This document shows, piece after piece, positions 8,931 through 19,185 of a stretch of 64,000 nt of DNA. Location: NCBI GenBank assembly GCA_963668025.2, contig CAXXTH010000014.1:32001-96000 (forward strand), in the 5' to 3' direction. Below the pieces are notes generated by a model. The model ran no database searches, had not been told where the DNA came from, and was given only the letters and a program-made list of their open reading frames with translations. The position numbers and the translations under genes are program-made. How positions within the stretch are numbered: position 1 is the stretch's first letter; every line of letters starts with the position of its first letter. The stretch is from Candidatus Hydrogenedentota bacterium. Lineage in GTDB: Bacteria; Hydrogenedentota; Hydrogenedentia; Hydrogenedentales; SLHB01.

Positions 8931-10745
8931 ATGGCATTCGCGGTCGCGGAATCGGATGTGGTGAGAGCAACGCGGGCGGACTTGGCGCATATCATCGCGG
9001 AACGCCGCATCACCACCTATTTTCAGCCCATCATCGATTTATTCTTCGGGGAAGTTTACAGCTATGAAGCCCTTTCCCGTGCGGAGCCGCCATTCGAGTG
9101 CGCCACGGATTTGTTCACGAAAGCCCGGGAGTGGGGGCTGTCATGGGAACTCGAGGCGGCGTGCCGTTCCGTAGCGTTGGATACGATATCCAGCACTGCT
9201 CACCAGCCGCGCGCCCGGCGTTTCTTCATTAATGTTAGCCCATCGATCTTCACGGATCCCCGTTTCCGTCCCGATTTTGCCGCCATGGATCTGCGCGGCC
9301 GGGGGATAGACCAGCGGCAAATCGTCTTCGAGATCACTGAATCGAGCTGCATCGCTGATTACGCCCATTTCGAGCAGCTTGTCCGCCATTACGTGGATCA
9401 AGGCATCCATATCGCACTGGATGATTTTGGCGCGGGCCATAGCAGCATGGTCATGCTCATGGCAGCCTGCCCCCAATTCGTCAAGCTCGACCGGGCGCTT
9501 GTCGCCAATATCCACAAAGATGCGTATAAACAAAATCTGGTCAAAGCCCTGTTGTCGTTTATGTCGAGCGTCGAGAGCAAGCTGGTCGCGGAAGGCGTCG
9601 AAAAGATAGAGGAACTCGAGGCGTTGCTGCGCCTGGGAGTCCGATACGCCCAAGGGTATCTATTCGCACGGCCTGCGCCTGAACTGAGTGAACTCCGTGA
9701 AGATATCCGCAGAGATATCAAAGGCTTGATGCGCCGGTTCCATTACCCGAAGATTTCACTGTCCACCCAGGTGTCATCCATTGTGCTGCGCCCCCCGGTC
9801 TTTGAAGTCCGCACCACCACCTGCGAGGAATTGGATTACTTTTTCCGGCGGAACCCTTCGGCGGATCATGTGCTTGTTCTTGATCAGGGGAAACCGTGCG
9901 GCCTGGTGCCCAAACAGCATTTTTACAGCATCGCGGGCGGACGTTATGGTTTCCAGCTTATCCAAAAGAAATACATCGAAACCGTCGCCGTCACCAAACA
10001 CGAGCCGCTCGTGGTCGAGGAAGGCATGGATATCATGGTCCTTGGCCGGCTCGCCATGGAGCGCGGACAGGATGACCTTTACGACCCCGTCATCGTCACG
10101 GACACCGAGGGCGTAATAGTCGGAACCATCACCATGAAACAGCTCCTGACGCAATCCATCCGCACCGAAGTGCAGCTTGCCGCCAGCGCCAATCCCTTAA
10201 CGGGCCTTCCGGGAAACACCATGATCCAGTCCTGGCTTCAAGAGGTGCTGCAAACAAATGCCTTCTGGATCATTTACGGCGACCTGGACCACTTCAAGGA
10301 ATTCAATGACTCATATGGCTTTCCCCAGGGGGATCAAATGATCAAGCTGGCGGCCAAGGTGCTCACCGAACAATGCCCCAAACTCTCCATGGATGCGCGG
10401 CTGGGCCATGTGGGCGGCGATGACTTCATCATTGTGACGCAAGGAAATATCGATGTGATGGCGCTGCAATCCATTTGCAGCGAATTCGACCGGCAAAAAA
10501 TCCACCTGTTCAACGTGCAGGATGTGGAATCTGGTTCCTATAAGGCCGTCAGCCGCACAGGCGAGACTATTTCCGTTCCTTTAGTGACGCTCAGCCTGGC
10601 GGTCATCAGCAGTGAAAACCTAGAAGGGCCCATATATCCGGGCAAGTTCGGCCAGATTGCCGCTTCCCTCAAAAAGAAAATTAAGACGCTCAACGCCGCC
10701 ACCCGGCAGAGCGGTTTTCTTATCGAGCGCCGCCATAACCCGTGA
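8931..10745 (+). CDS. EAL-CBS-like-GGDEF c-di-GMP enzyme
   Basis: FQPI...YEALSR, DDFGAGHSS, VAEGVE, QGYLFARP; ANPLTGLPGN, DLDHFKEFNDSYG, HVGGDDF. Confidence 0.9.
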   Translation: MAFAVAESDVVRATRADLAHIIAERRITTYFQPIIDLFFGEVYSYEALSRAEPPFECATDLFTKAREWGLSWELEAACRSVALDTISSTAHQPRARRFFINVSPSIFTDPRFRPDFAAMDLRGRGIDQRQIVFEITESSCIADYAHFEQLVRHYVDQGIHIALDDFGAGHSSMVMLMAACPQFVKLDRALVANIHKDAYKQNLVKALLSFMSSVESKLVAEGVEKIEELEALLRLGVRYAQGYLFARPAPELSELREDIRRDIKGLMRRFHYPKISLSTQVSSIVLRPPVFEVRTTTCEELDYFFRRNPSADHVLVLDQGKPCGLVPKQHFYSIAGGRYGFQLIQKKYIETVAVTKHEPLVVEEGMDIMVLGRLAMERGQDDLYDPVIVTDTEGVIVGTITMKQLLTQSIRTEVQLAASANPLTGLPGNTMIQSWLQEVLQTNAFWIIYGDLDHFKEFNDSYGFPQGDQMIKLAAKVLTEQCPKLSMDARLGHVGGDDFIIVTQGNIDVMALQSICSEFDRQKIHLFNVQDVESGSYKAVSRTGETISVPLVTLSLAVISSENLEGPIYPGKFGQIAASLKKKIKTLNAATRQSGFLIERRHNP

Positions 10746-10782
10746 ACATATCATGAGCGCGGCGTTCCTCGATACAAATCAA

Positions 10783-10815
10783 GCCCGAGAGAAGGAACCT
10801 TTCATTCTCTCGGGC
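10783..10815. terminator. Hairpin between convergent genes
   Basis: GCCCGAGAGAA...TTCTCTCGGGC, a perfect 11-bp stem. Confidence 0.65.
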
Positions 10816-10866
10816 ATGTAGTGTGCGAATGAACCATGTGACGCCCAACCGGAGCGTCTGCTCGAT

Positions 10867-13362
10867 TTACGGAGCCGCTGTTAACGCGGCTTCGATAGCG
10901 CGCGGTTTTTCCTTCTGGCAAACTTTCAGCAAGGCCAAACCATACGGATTGCGCTGCCAGCCTTCTTCCACGGACTCCAGGTCTTCCACTTGCGGCAACG
11001 CCTGTCCATCAACCGTTATTTGCGCCGTGGGCGGCAAATCCGTTACGACCGCACGTACGTGGGTGCAGGCCGGGTCGTCGAGAGTGAAGCGTAGCATGCC
11101 ACCGGAAATGGCGGCGTCTCCGGCGCATTTGGAACTGGTGATGTGGAATCTAGCGTTTTCATTGCGGACGATAGTCGTATCCCAGTCCGCGACATCAAAA
11201 TTCGTCAAAAACATCGTTTCCATCAACGCGGCTGGGGAGAACGCAGGCCCGCTGGGCATCCATCGCTCGGTGCTGAAGGCATCAGGGAAATAACCCGCGT
11301 ATGGCTTTTTGTCAAATGCCTGCCACATCGCACTAGAAATCAATCCATCGCTGACCGTTTTCCAGGGGAAAGAGGTGTCATACTTGGCTAATCGAGCGAG
11401 GTCTTCGGCATACTCGAAGCCAATCCATTGCACTAGTACTCCGTACCAGGGGAACATATATTGGCTCGAGCCGTATCCATATAACGCCCCGTAGAGCATG
11501 GGATCCCGCTTGGTGTTTTTATATAGGTCTTTGCCCTTCAAGAAGAATTTTTTCTCAGCGTGTATATGGCCGGTTTCGACTTCCCGCGGGCCAAAACTCC
11601 ACATATATACAAAAGGCAGTCCTGTTTTCGCCCACCGCTTGGCTTGTTCAAGATAAGTGGGATTTTCCGTAATTCGGTATGCAAGCAGGCAGGCGCGCAT
11701 GCCGCAGTAAGAACCATGCAGCGACGGCGCCTGCGGGCATTCGTCGTTGTCATACACATAGGGCACCGTATACCGGTTCATGTCTTCGATGCCGCGCAGT
11801 CCAGCAGCGAGCGCCGCCGGATCATTCGCCAGCAGCGCATATTCGAGCACCTCACTGGCCCGTCGTGCGGAGATGCCCTGCGAACGTTCTCCATCTTTTA
11901 CGATGTAGGGAGGATTGGGAGGAGCCATCAGCCAAAACAATCCCAACTCGGCGTCCTTCGTTTGATTATGCACCCATGAACCGTCTTCCTTCTGTGAGTC
12001 AATCAGCGTATGGGCGAATGAGTGATTCGCTTCCATGGCGCGCGCGAGATTGCCCCACCGGAACGACAACGGCAAGTAGGCCGCGTCTTTAGCGACAACT
12101 TGAATGCGTTCAATCGTGCGTTCCGCAAGCTTCTTGTCTTCGATGAATGGAAGTGCTTTGGCCAGCGCCGAAGCTACACCAGCATTGTAGGAGGGTTTGC
12201 CATCGTAATCCCAAAACCACCCATCGCCTTTCTTATTCCAGGAATCATCCACGAGTATCCGGGCGTGTTCATTAATCTGTTCCAAGTAGGAATAGGGAGT
12301 CTTCGATGGAGCCGGCAAACCGCCGCGCCGTTGGAGCCACAAATCCACGGCATCCGCCGACGAAGAAGCCGGAGCCGCGAACAAGGCCGACTCGAGGCGC
12401 ATGGTTTCACCCGCCTTGAGCGTGACTGGCGTATGCGCGGACATGCTGTTCTCGGCTACATAATCCGGCACACTAGGCAGGAAAAGCCCCATAAGATGAT
12501 TGGGCTGGTCTTCAAGCCAGTTCGGTGAAGCAAATAGCGCGCTCGGGCAGGTATGGGATCCGAGCCATGGCTTCATCGGATCCCACATGAGGCCGGCCAC
12601 GCATCCTTCATTATAAATCGCCATCAAAGGTATCGTGATCTTAGCGGGTGGAGGTACTAAATTGATACGAACTTCCGGGGCCAAAGCGGCCATGTGGCTC
12701 GACCGTTCTCCCTTCTGCAAATACTCGATGCCTGGGAAAAGCGCCTCATCCATCGCATCGCCAAACGAGCCTTCTCCTACATGCAGCCGGGGCCCGTCGA
12801 ACAAGAACACATCGCGCTCGGTGTCTACTTTCATCGTATAGGTGGTTTCAACAAAAGGCGAGCCGGGGCGGACTTCAAAGGAAGCTTCAAAGAACCAGGA
12901 ACCGCGATCAAGGTCGGTCAGGGTTTCCTTGAACACGACCCGGGCCTTCTCGTTATCTTGTGACACTTCGGCGCTTCGAGGAATCACATAATGATGAAAA
13001 TGGCGGCCCCAGCCGGAACGGTAGGTAAACGCCGAGAAGTAGGGGGAAACAGCCATCTGCACCCATTGCCCATCCTTGCACATCTCCAGAATGTACCCAG
13101 TGTAGCCATTCGGGAATTGCTCAAAACGGGCCGTTTCCCAGGGAAACCGGACTCGAACAGTATCGTTGCCCAATACAACCTCATGAGTAGTCGGATCTTT
13201 TGTTGCCGTAAGCATTTTACCGGACTCCTCCGCGCTGGCGGCAATGGAAGAAACAGCAAGGTATAATGCCATTCCAGCCAGCGCCATACTGGAAAGACAA
13301 CGCAACCATTTGAGCTTGTTTGTGACCGGTTTTAAGAACATGGTGACAGTTCTCCTCTTCAA
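10867..13362 (-). CDS. Large secreted hypothetical protein, possibly carbohydrate-active (beta-rich N-half, helical C-half)
   Basis: 831-aa ORF with a signal peptide (LALAGMALYLAVSSIAASA-like), aromatic-rich; no family motif recognised. Confidence 0.6.
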   Translation of the reverse strand: MKRRTVTMFLKPVTNKLKWLRCLSSMALAGMALYLAVSSIAASAEESGKMLTATKDPTTHEVVLGNDTVRVRFPWETARFEQFPNGYTGYILEMCKDGQWVQMAVSPYFSAFTYRSGWGRHFHHYVIPRSAEVSQDNEKARVVFKETLTDLDRGSWFFEASFEVRPGSPFVETTYTMKVDTERDVFLFDGPRLHVGEGSFGDAMDEALFPGIEYLQKGERSSHMAALAPEVRINLVPPPAKITIPLMAIYNEGCVAGLMWDPMKPWLGSHTCPSALFASPNWLEDQPNHLMGLFLPSVPDYVAENSMSAHTPVTLKAGETMRLESALFAAPASSSADAVDLWLQRRGGLPAPSKTPYSYLEQINEHARILVDDSWNKKGDGWFWDYDGKPSYNAGVASALAKALPFIEDKKLAERTIERIQVVAKDAAYLPLSFRWGNLARAMEANHSFAHTLIDSQKEDGSWVHNQTKDAELGLFWLMAPPNPPYIVKDGERSQGISARRASEVLEYALLANDPAALAAGLRGIEDMNRYTVPYVYDNDECPQAPSLHGSYCGMRACLLAYRITENPTYLEQAKRWAKTGLPFVYMWSFGPREVETGHIHAEKKFFLKGKDLYKNTKRDPMLYGALYGYGSSQYMFPWYGVLVQWIGFEYAEDLARLAKYDTSFPWKTVSDGLISSAMWQAFDKKPYAGYFPDAFSTERWMPSGPAFSPAALMETMFLTNFDVADWDTTIVRNENARFHITSSKCAGDAAISGGMLRFTLDDPACTHVRAVVTDLPPTAQITVDGQALPQVEDLESVEEGWQRNPYGLALLKVCQKEKPRAIEAALTAAP

Positions 13363-13532
13363 TCGTGGTTAAAAAAACTTTTGACGGACAAACGGCCTTT
13401 TCTCATGCAATCACTGGCTTGCATCGGTTTCCCAGCTTTGAGATGGACAGTATCAGGCTCTCCCTCATTATTTGGCAGGTAAAAAACACGAGGCATGTAT
13501 TGACAGGCTTCGTGCGCGACGCCGCAAGCTCA

Positions 13533-13581
13533 TTTATGCGTATTCTTGATTTAAGCTACATGTTTATGCGTCTTTTGTCAA
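13533..13581 (-). promoter_or_regulatory. Sigma70-like promoter with TTTATGCGT direct repeats
   Basis: TTGACA (13581-13576)-17 bp-TAGCTT (13558-13553); repeats at 13533-13541 and 13563-13571. Confidence 0.5.
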
Positions 13582-13721
13582 GTGTGAATTCATATCCTAA
13601 CGGCTATGAGGGCCTTGATGATGTGGATGCAGCGGGATCTAGCGGTCCAGCAAAATGCTATGGTTTCGCCGTCTTCGGAAAACCCATGGAAAAGGCCCGT
13701 TGGTGTGGCTGCACCTAGTTA

Positions 13722-14609
13722 CTATCGCGGCGGGAATAGAGGTTCGACAAAGCGTCGAAGCCCATCGACGTATTTCGAGCCAGAGAGCAGGAATCCTTCA
13801 TTGTGCCCGCCTTCTATTTCCAAAAATGTTTTGGGCGGGCGGGCCAATTCATACAGTTTTTCGCCATGTGCAAATGGGACTATTTCGTCGTTCCGGCTAT
13901 GGACCACCAAGACGGGCGCAGTGATGCGATTTATCTTCATGTCACTCTCAAAACGGTGGCGCAATAGCAGGCCGATGGGGAGGAAGGGGTATAGTTCTTT
14001 TCCCATGCGAACCGTCGAGATGAAGGTGCTCTCTAAAATCACTGCGCCAGGATTCACCTTGCTGGCCAGATCACACGCCACGCCGCCGCCCAGCGAGCGC
14101 CCGAACAGCAGTATGCGTTCCGGCGCAATCCCGCGCTGGCGCACCAAAAAATCCCACATAGCCATCGCGTCGGCATAACAACGCGCTTCCGAAGGGCTGC
14201 CCGTGCTATAACCATAACCGCCATAATCATAAACCAGCACATCAAATCCCAGTTCCCGGAAAATGCCGATGGATTCCATCCGGTCCGCGATGGCGCCCGC
14301 ATTGCCGTGCGAAAAGAGCAGGACCCCGCGCGCATGTGGCGCGGGAATGAACCATCCGAAGGTCTCATATGCACCCACTGGCAGACGGACTTCCTCGAAA
14401 TCCCAATTCATGGCCTCCGGGCTGGTCCAGACATTCCGGCCAGCAGGAAACACCACAAAACCTTGGGCAAAATAGAGCAATACGAGGAGGGAAGCATAGA
14501 GTAGCGCTGTTATGGATAGCAGTACATACAGGCAGGTCAAAACCTTGATTCGCTTTCTTCCCTTTTCATGCCGCATGGCGTTCATTTTCGCTTGCGTTGC
14601 GTACGTCAT
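13722..14609 (-). CDS. Membrane-anchored alpha/beta hydrolase (ABHD13/Bem46-like)
   Basis: N-terminal TM helix; HGNAG, GRSLGG, HSRNDEIVP, GGHN triad. Confidence 0.88.
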   Translation of the reverse strand: MTYATQAKMNAMRHEKGRKRIKVLTCLYVLLSITALLYASLLVLLYFAQGFVVFPAGRNVWTSPEAMNWDFEEVRLPVGAYETFGWFIPAPHARGVLLFSHGNAGAIADRMESIGIFRELGFDVLVYDYGGYGYSTGSPSEARCYADAMAMWDFLVRQRGIAPERILLFGRSLGGGVACDLASKVNPGAVILESTFISTVRMGKELYPFLPIGLLLRHRFESDMKINRITAPVLVVHSRNDEIVPFAHGEKLYELARPPKTFLEIEGGHNEGFLLSGSKYVDGLRRFVEPLFPPR

Positions 14610-14664
14610 GCGCTAGTGTATAATGATTTTTTTTCAGGGGCAAGCATATAGGAGGGAAACCAAT

Positions 14665-16023
14665 ATGCACGATTACTCGATAACACTCAACACCAAAGAC
14701 ATGCCGGATGCATGGTACAACGTCGTTTCAGACATGCCGCAGCCGATGGACCCGCCACTGCATCCCGTCACGCACCTGCCTGCGGGGCCGGATGATCTGG
14801 CGGCCATTTTCCCGCCGAGCCTTATCGAGCAGGAAATGACAACAAAGCCGTGGGTGTCCATACCCGGCGAGGTGATGGACATATACCGCCTATGGCGGCC
14901 CACGCCGCTCCGCCGGGCGTACCGTCTCGAACAGGCGTTAGGAACGCCCGCGAAAATCTTTTACAAAAATGAGAGCGTGAGCCCCTCGGGCAGCCACAAG
15001 ATTAATACTTCGGTTGCGCAAGCCTACTACAACAAACTAGATGGTGTAAATGAATTATGCACCGAGACCGGCGCGGGACAGTGGGGAACGGCCTTGTCCA
15101 TCGCATGCAGCATGCTGGACATGAAATGCAGCGTATATATGGTCCGCATCAGTTTTACGCAGAAACCATACCGGCGCGTACTCATGGAGACCTTCGGCGC
15201 GTCCGTATATCCAAGCCCGAGCGACCGCACGGACGCAGGCGCTTCCTTTTTGGCGCAGGATGCCGAGACCACCGGCAGCTTGGGCATGGCCATCTCGGAA
15301 GCCGTCGAGGTGGCTGCGAAGAGCGGCGGGCGGATCAAGTATAGCCTGGGCAGCGTGCTGAATCATGTGTGCATGCACCAGACCATCATCGGCCTTGAGG
15401 CGCGCAAGCAGCTCGAAAGCGTGGGCGAATACCCCGATGTGGTCATTGGCTGTTGCGGCGGCGGCTCGAATTACGCGGGGATTGCCTTCCCCTTCGTGCC
15501 CGACAAGACAAAAGGCGGAAAGAACATCGACTTCATCGCCGTCGAACCCACGGCCTGCCCGACCTTGACGCGCGGCCTCTACGCGTATGATTTCGGCGAT
15601 ACGGCATGCACCACGCCGTTGTTGAAGCAATACACCCTTGGCCACAGCTTCGTCCCACCGGGCATCCATGCGGGCGGATTACGCTATCATGGCGTGGCCC
15701 AAACCGTGGCGGCCCTCACCAAACAGGGCGTCATGCGCGCCTTGGCGTGCCACCAAAACCCGGTCTTCGAAGCCCTCATGCTCTTCGCCAAGACCGAAGG
15801 CATCGTGGCCGCGCCCGAGTCGGGCCATGCCATCCGCGTCGCCATCGACGAAGCCCTCAAGGCCAAGGAAGCCGGCGAGCCGCGCACCATCCTGTTCAAT
15901 CTGAGCGGCCATGGCCATTTTGACATGACAGCGTACCAGGCCTACTTGAACAACCAGCTTGAAGATTTCGACCTGCCCCAATCGATCATCGACCGGGCGG
16001 AGGAATGCATTCCGAAAGTGTGA
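14665..16023 (+). CDS. trpB2: Tryptophan synthase beta chain 2 (TrpB-like PLP enzyme)
   Basis: [42 protein letters not shown]; GGAGG RBS before ATG 14665. Confidence 0.93.
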   Translation: MHDYSITLNTKDMPDAWYNVVSDMPQPMDPPLHPVTHLPAGPDDLAAIFPPSLIEQEMTTKPWVSIPGEVMDIYRLWRPTPLRRAYRLEQALGTPAKIFYKNESVSPSGSHKINTSVAQAYYNKLDGVNELCTETGAGQWGTALSIACSMLDMKCSVYMVRISFTQKPYRRVLMETFGASVYPSPSDRTDAGASFLAQDAETTGSLGMAISEAVEVAAKSGGRIKYSLGSVLNHVCMHQTIIGLEARKQLESVGEYPDVVIGCCGGGSNYAGIAFPFVPDKTKGGKNIDFIAVEPTACPTLTRGLYAYDFGDTACTTPLLKQYTLGHSFVPPGIHAGGLRYHGVAQTVAALTKQGVMRALACHQNPVFEALMLFAKTEGIVAAPESGHAIRVAIDEALKAKEAGEPRTILFNLSGHGHFDMTAYQAYLNNQLEDFDLPQSIIDRAEECIPKV

Positions 16024-16077
16024 TAAATATACGCCACGGGAAGCACAGAGGGCGCAGCGGCGTATGTTCTTCTTTCA

Positions 16078-16116
16078 GGGGGGAAGGTTATGTGTTCTAC
16101 AACCTTCCTCCTTTTT
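16078..16116 (+). terminator. Intrinsic terminator after trpB2
   Basis: GGGGGGAAGGTT...AACCTTCCTCC followed by TTTTT. Confidence 0.6.
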
Positions 16117-16267
16117 ATGTATCTTGCCTATCCGGCGATTCGGAGAATCATGCAACAAATCCGAACCCGTCAGTTTATTCCCTATGGTAAATTGCGACAT
16201 GATCTCCAAATTCACCGACTATGGCAGCGGGAGAGAGTATATAGACCCCATACTCTCCCATTTTACC

Positions 16268-16378
16268 TTAATATGCTTCAATACTGCCTCCCAAGTTGAT
16301 GAGGGCTTGTGCCGAGAAACAGATGAGCAGTACCAGGCAATAAACAGAAATCACCTTCTTATCTCTTCTTCTCCTCAT
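16268..16378 (-). pseudogene. 36-aa signal-peptide-only ORF (probable truncated gene)
   Basis: MRRRRDKKVISVYCLVLLICFSAQALINLGGSIEAY*, starting 34 bp downstream of the 16413 gene. Confidence 0.35.
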
Positions 16379-16412
16379 TATCGTTGTTGATATCTGGAAC
16401 CATCTCGTTTTT

Positions 16413-17303
16413 TCAAAGAGACGTGTATTTCTCCGCAAAGCTCAAGACTTTCTCTTGTACACTTAAGTCCATGTCAATCCACATGGCCTTTTCAGTGGCG
16501 TCTTGAGATGTGGAATCAGGATGTTTCGCTACCCACTCAGCTTTGCGCTCGCTATCAAACTGTTTGAATTGCGCCAGCACGTCTTTTTGCGCTTGCGTTA
16601 GGGACGATTGCTGGGCCGTATCGCCTGCAATCGTGCGCAGAAAACGCCTGCACGCAAAGGCAAGCATTGCGGAATGGGAATTGGATATAAACTCTTTCGG
16701 ACGAGAATTGGGGTCTTTTCCGGCTCGTTTGAGAGCTTCTTGCGTTTCTTTATAAAGCGCATCTTGCTGGCGCTGATACATTTTGACCAAGAGCGGCAAC
16801 GTGTCGCCGCGCTCATCCAAAAGACCCAATAGATACGCATATGATACGGCGCTCAGTGGGTACGCGACAGAAGAGCTGAGTTCATAGCCGGAAAAACCTC
16901 CTTCTTCATTGTATACAACCGGAGGCAACAAAGGGGCTTCATTTGTATAGAAATTACACATTTCTATTAGACATGCTTTTAGTTTTTCTTTTTCCTCCGG
17001 CGCTCCTTCACGCGCGATATGTAGTAATTTCCGTATGCGCGGCAAGCGTTCCATGCTAGCCAAACATCCCATGAAATTATCTGATCCCAAAGATATCTCA
17101 ACGGGCAAGACGGGCTGCTTGACGAAAATATTGCGGACAGTATCCGCCACAGTCTCACTGGCGGCTTCCGCAGCTTCTTGTTGTAGAAGGTCACTCGCGG
17201 GGGTTCCAGGATCAGGCTTCAATGAAGAACCAGAAAGCTGGGCGCTGGATGGCCATACAAGGAGCAGACATATCAAACATCCTAAAGTCAATGTTCTAAT
17301 CAT
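16413..17303 (-). CDS. Secreted hypothetical protein
   Basis: Signal peptide MIRTLTLGCLICLLLVWPSSA; GGGAG RBS; TTGACT-16-TATTAT at 17380-17353 overlaps the longer ORF start. Confidence 0.65.
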   Translation of the reverse strand: MIRTLTLGCLICLLLVWPSSAQLSGSSLKPDPGTPASDLLQQEAAEAASETVADTVRNIFVKQPVLPVEISLGSDNFMGCLASMERLPRIRKLLHIAREGAPEEKEKLKACLIEMCNFYTNEAPLLPPVVYNEEGGFSGYELSSSVAYPLSAVSYAYLLGLLDERGDTLPLLVKMYQRQQDALYKETQEALKRAGKDPNSRPKEFISNSHSAMLAFACRRFLRTIAGDTAQQSSLTQAQKDVLAQFKQFDSERKAEWVAKHPDSTSQDATEKAMWIDMDLSVQEKVLSFAEKYTSL

Positions 17304-17613
17304 CTTACGCTCTCCCTTCTTTTCGTTGCCTTTCTCTACTAGGAACGATTCCATAATAACCAGAAATATAAAAAAGTCAAGAACTTATTTGAACAAACAT
17401 TTTACTATGACGGTAAAATTCAATATAACTGAAGTTAGTGCTAAAACAGATAAAGTTGATTTTTGTTGTTGATAATAGCGGGAAATATGCGGGCTTCTTG
17501 AGCAAATTTACACGGTTCTGACGTGATACGTTCGAGGACACGCGAAAGGCCGCGCTCCGTCTCAGCCTTGATAGCTTCTACGGCCTAGACGGAACTCAGG
17601 CTTCTTCTTTACA

Positions 17614-19161
17614 TCATGACGCCGCCTTGCTCTTTCCTCCCAGAATGCACAGTACGAAGCAGAACGGGCTGACGGCGACATATATCCATGGCCACGCCAG
17701 CTTGAAATGACACCATTCCGGGATTTGACCGGGCTGCAACAGCCACACGGCCAAGGCCCCCAGGAAGAGGGCTGTGAGTACGCTATAGGTATTACCGCGT
17801 TTGGTGAACAGTGCGGTGCAAAACACCCCCAGCAGCGGGGCCAGCGAGTAGGCCATGATTGACAGTGCGAAGTTGATAAGCGTTTCAGTATTTTCATCAT
17901 AGGCATACGTGGCTACTAGCGCGAAGGCCGTGAGCAGGAATCCCATGAGGGCCACCGCGATGCGCGGTGCGTGCAGATTGTGCTTATGCGCCCATTCCTC
18001 GTCTTCTTTACCTGCCCGCCAAGCTTTCCACGGGATATACAAGTCCGCGATGGCCGTGCTGGCCATGGCGTTGATGGCCGAGTTAAATGATCCCATGGCG
18101 GCGGCGCATAGGCCCGCCATGGCCAAACCGCGGACGCCTATGGGAAGGTGGTTCAGTAAAAACTGGGGATAGACATTCTTGGTTGATTGGACCACATCCA
18201 GCGGCGCGGCCGCGCCCATCAGGTCCGGCCGTCCGTAGTAGACATGCAGCAGCAGGCCAATTGTTAAAAACAACATGACGATGGGAATGCCGAGCAGTTT
18301 CGAGGAAATCAGCGCCACACCGCCATGAAACGCCGAGCGCGTGGTTAGCATGCGCTGGGCGAGGTCATGGTCCGCGCCATATGTGGCGGAGGACATGAAG
18401 GTGGACGCGATTATGCCGGTCCAAATGGTGAAATCCAGCCCAAAATCAAACCGCGTATCCACGATCATCAGTTTATTCACGCCATTGGAATCGCGCAACG
18501 CGGTCCATAATTGGTCCACGGGAACTGGAATGGCTTTGAGCAGTAAATAAATGCTCAGAAAGGCCGACATCACCACGATTGTGATCTGGACGGTTTCCGT
18601 CCAAATCACCGCGCGGACGCCTCCGCTCATGGTGTATAACGTTCCGACGAAGCCAAGCAAAATCACCGCCATGGCCATCTCGTTCTTCTGGGTGCTCCCA
18701 TACAGCATCAGCGAGAATCCAATACCCGCCATGAAGTGCCGCGCCCCCGAAGCGAGCAGCCGCCCGAACAGAAACATAGCGCTCACCGCCATCATGGAAG
18801 GTTTCCCGAACCTCTTGCCCAAAAAACCATAAATAGTGATGGTGCCCGCATGGAAGATGGGGGGGATGAACAGATAGGCCACGAGAAACGCCGATATTAC
18901 CTCGCCGATGTTCATAATCAGATAGGTGAGGTTTCCATTGAAGGACATCTGCGGCGCGCCGAAAAATGTAGCCGCGCTCAAAGTTGTCGCCAGAACCGAC
19001 AAGGTCACGGCCCATATCGGCATGCTCCGCCCGCCTAGAAAAAACGTGCTCGAGTCCTGCTGGCGGCGGGAAACGTAAAACCCAATGGCCATTATCGCCA
19101 CGAAATATCCAATGATGACCATCCAGTCAATTGCACCAAACACACTTGTGGATTCCTGCAT
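17614..19161 (-). CDS. Sodium:solute symporter (SSS family)
   Basis: FFLGGRSMP, SAATFFG, GGVRAVIWTE, QRMLT, AAAMGSFNSAIN; many TM helices. Confidence 0.92.
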   Translation of the reverse strand: MQESTSVFGAIDWMVIIGYFVAIMAIGFYVSRRQQDSSTFFLGGRSMPIWAVTLSVLATTLSAATFFGAPQMSFNGNLTYLIMNIGEVISAFLVAYLFIPPIFHAGTITIYGFLGKRFGKPSMMAVSAMFLFGRLLASGARHFMAGIGFSLMLYGSTQKNEMAMAVILLGFVGTLYTMSGGVRAVIWTETVQITIVVMSAFLSIYLLLKAIPVPVDQLWTALRDSNGVNKLMIVDTRFDFGLDFTIWTGIIASTFMSSATYGADHDLAQRMLTTRSAFHGGVALISSKLLGIPIVMLFLTIGLLLHVYYGRPDLMGAAAPLDVVQSTKNVYPQFLLNHLPIGVRGLAMAGLCAAAMGSFNSAINAMASTAIADLYIPWKAWRAGKEDEEWAHKHNLHAPRIAVALMGFLLTAFALVATYAYDENTETLINFALSIMAYSLAPLLGVFCTALFTKRGNTYSVLTALFLGALAVWLLQPGQIPEWCHFKLAWPWIYVAVSPFCFVLCILGGKSKAAS

Positions 19162-19185
19162 TATTCCTCCGGTTTTGGACGTGTG

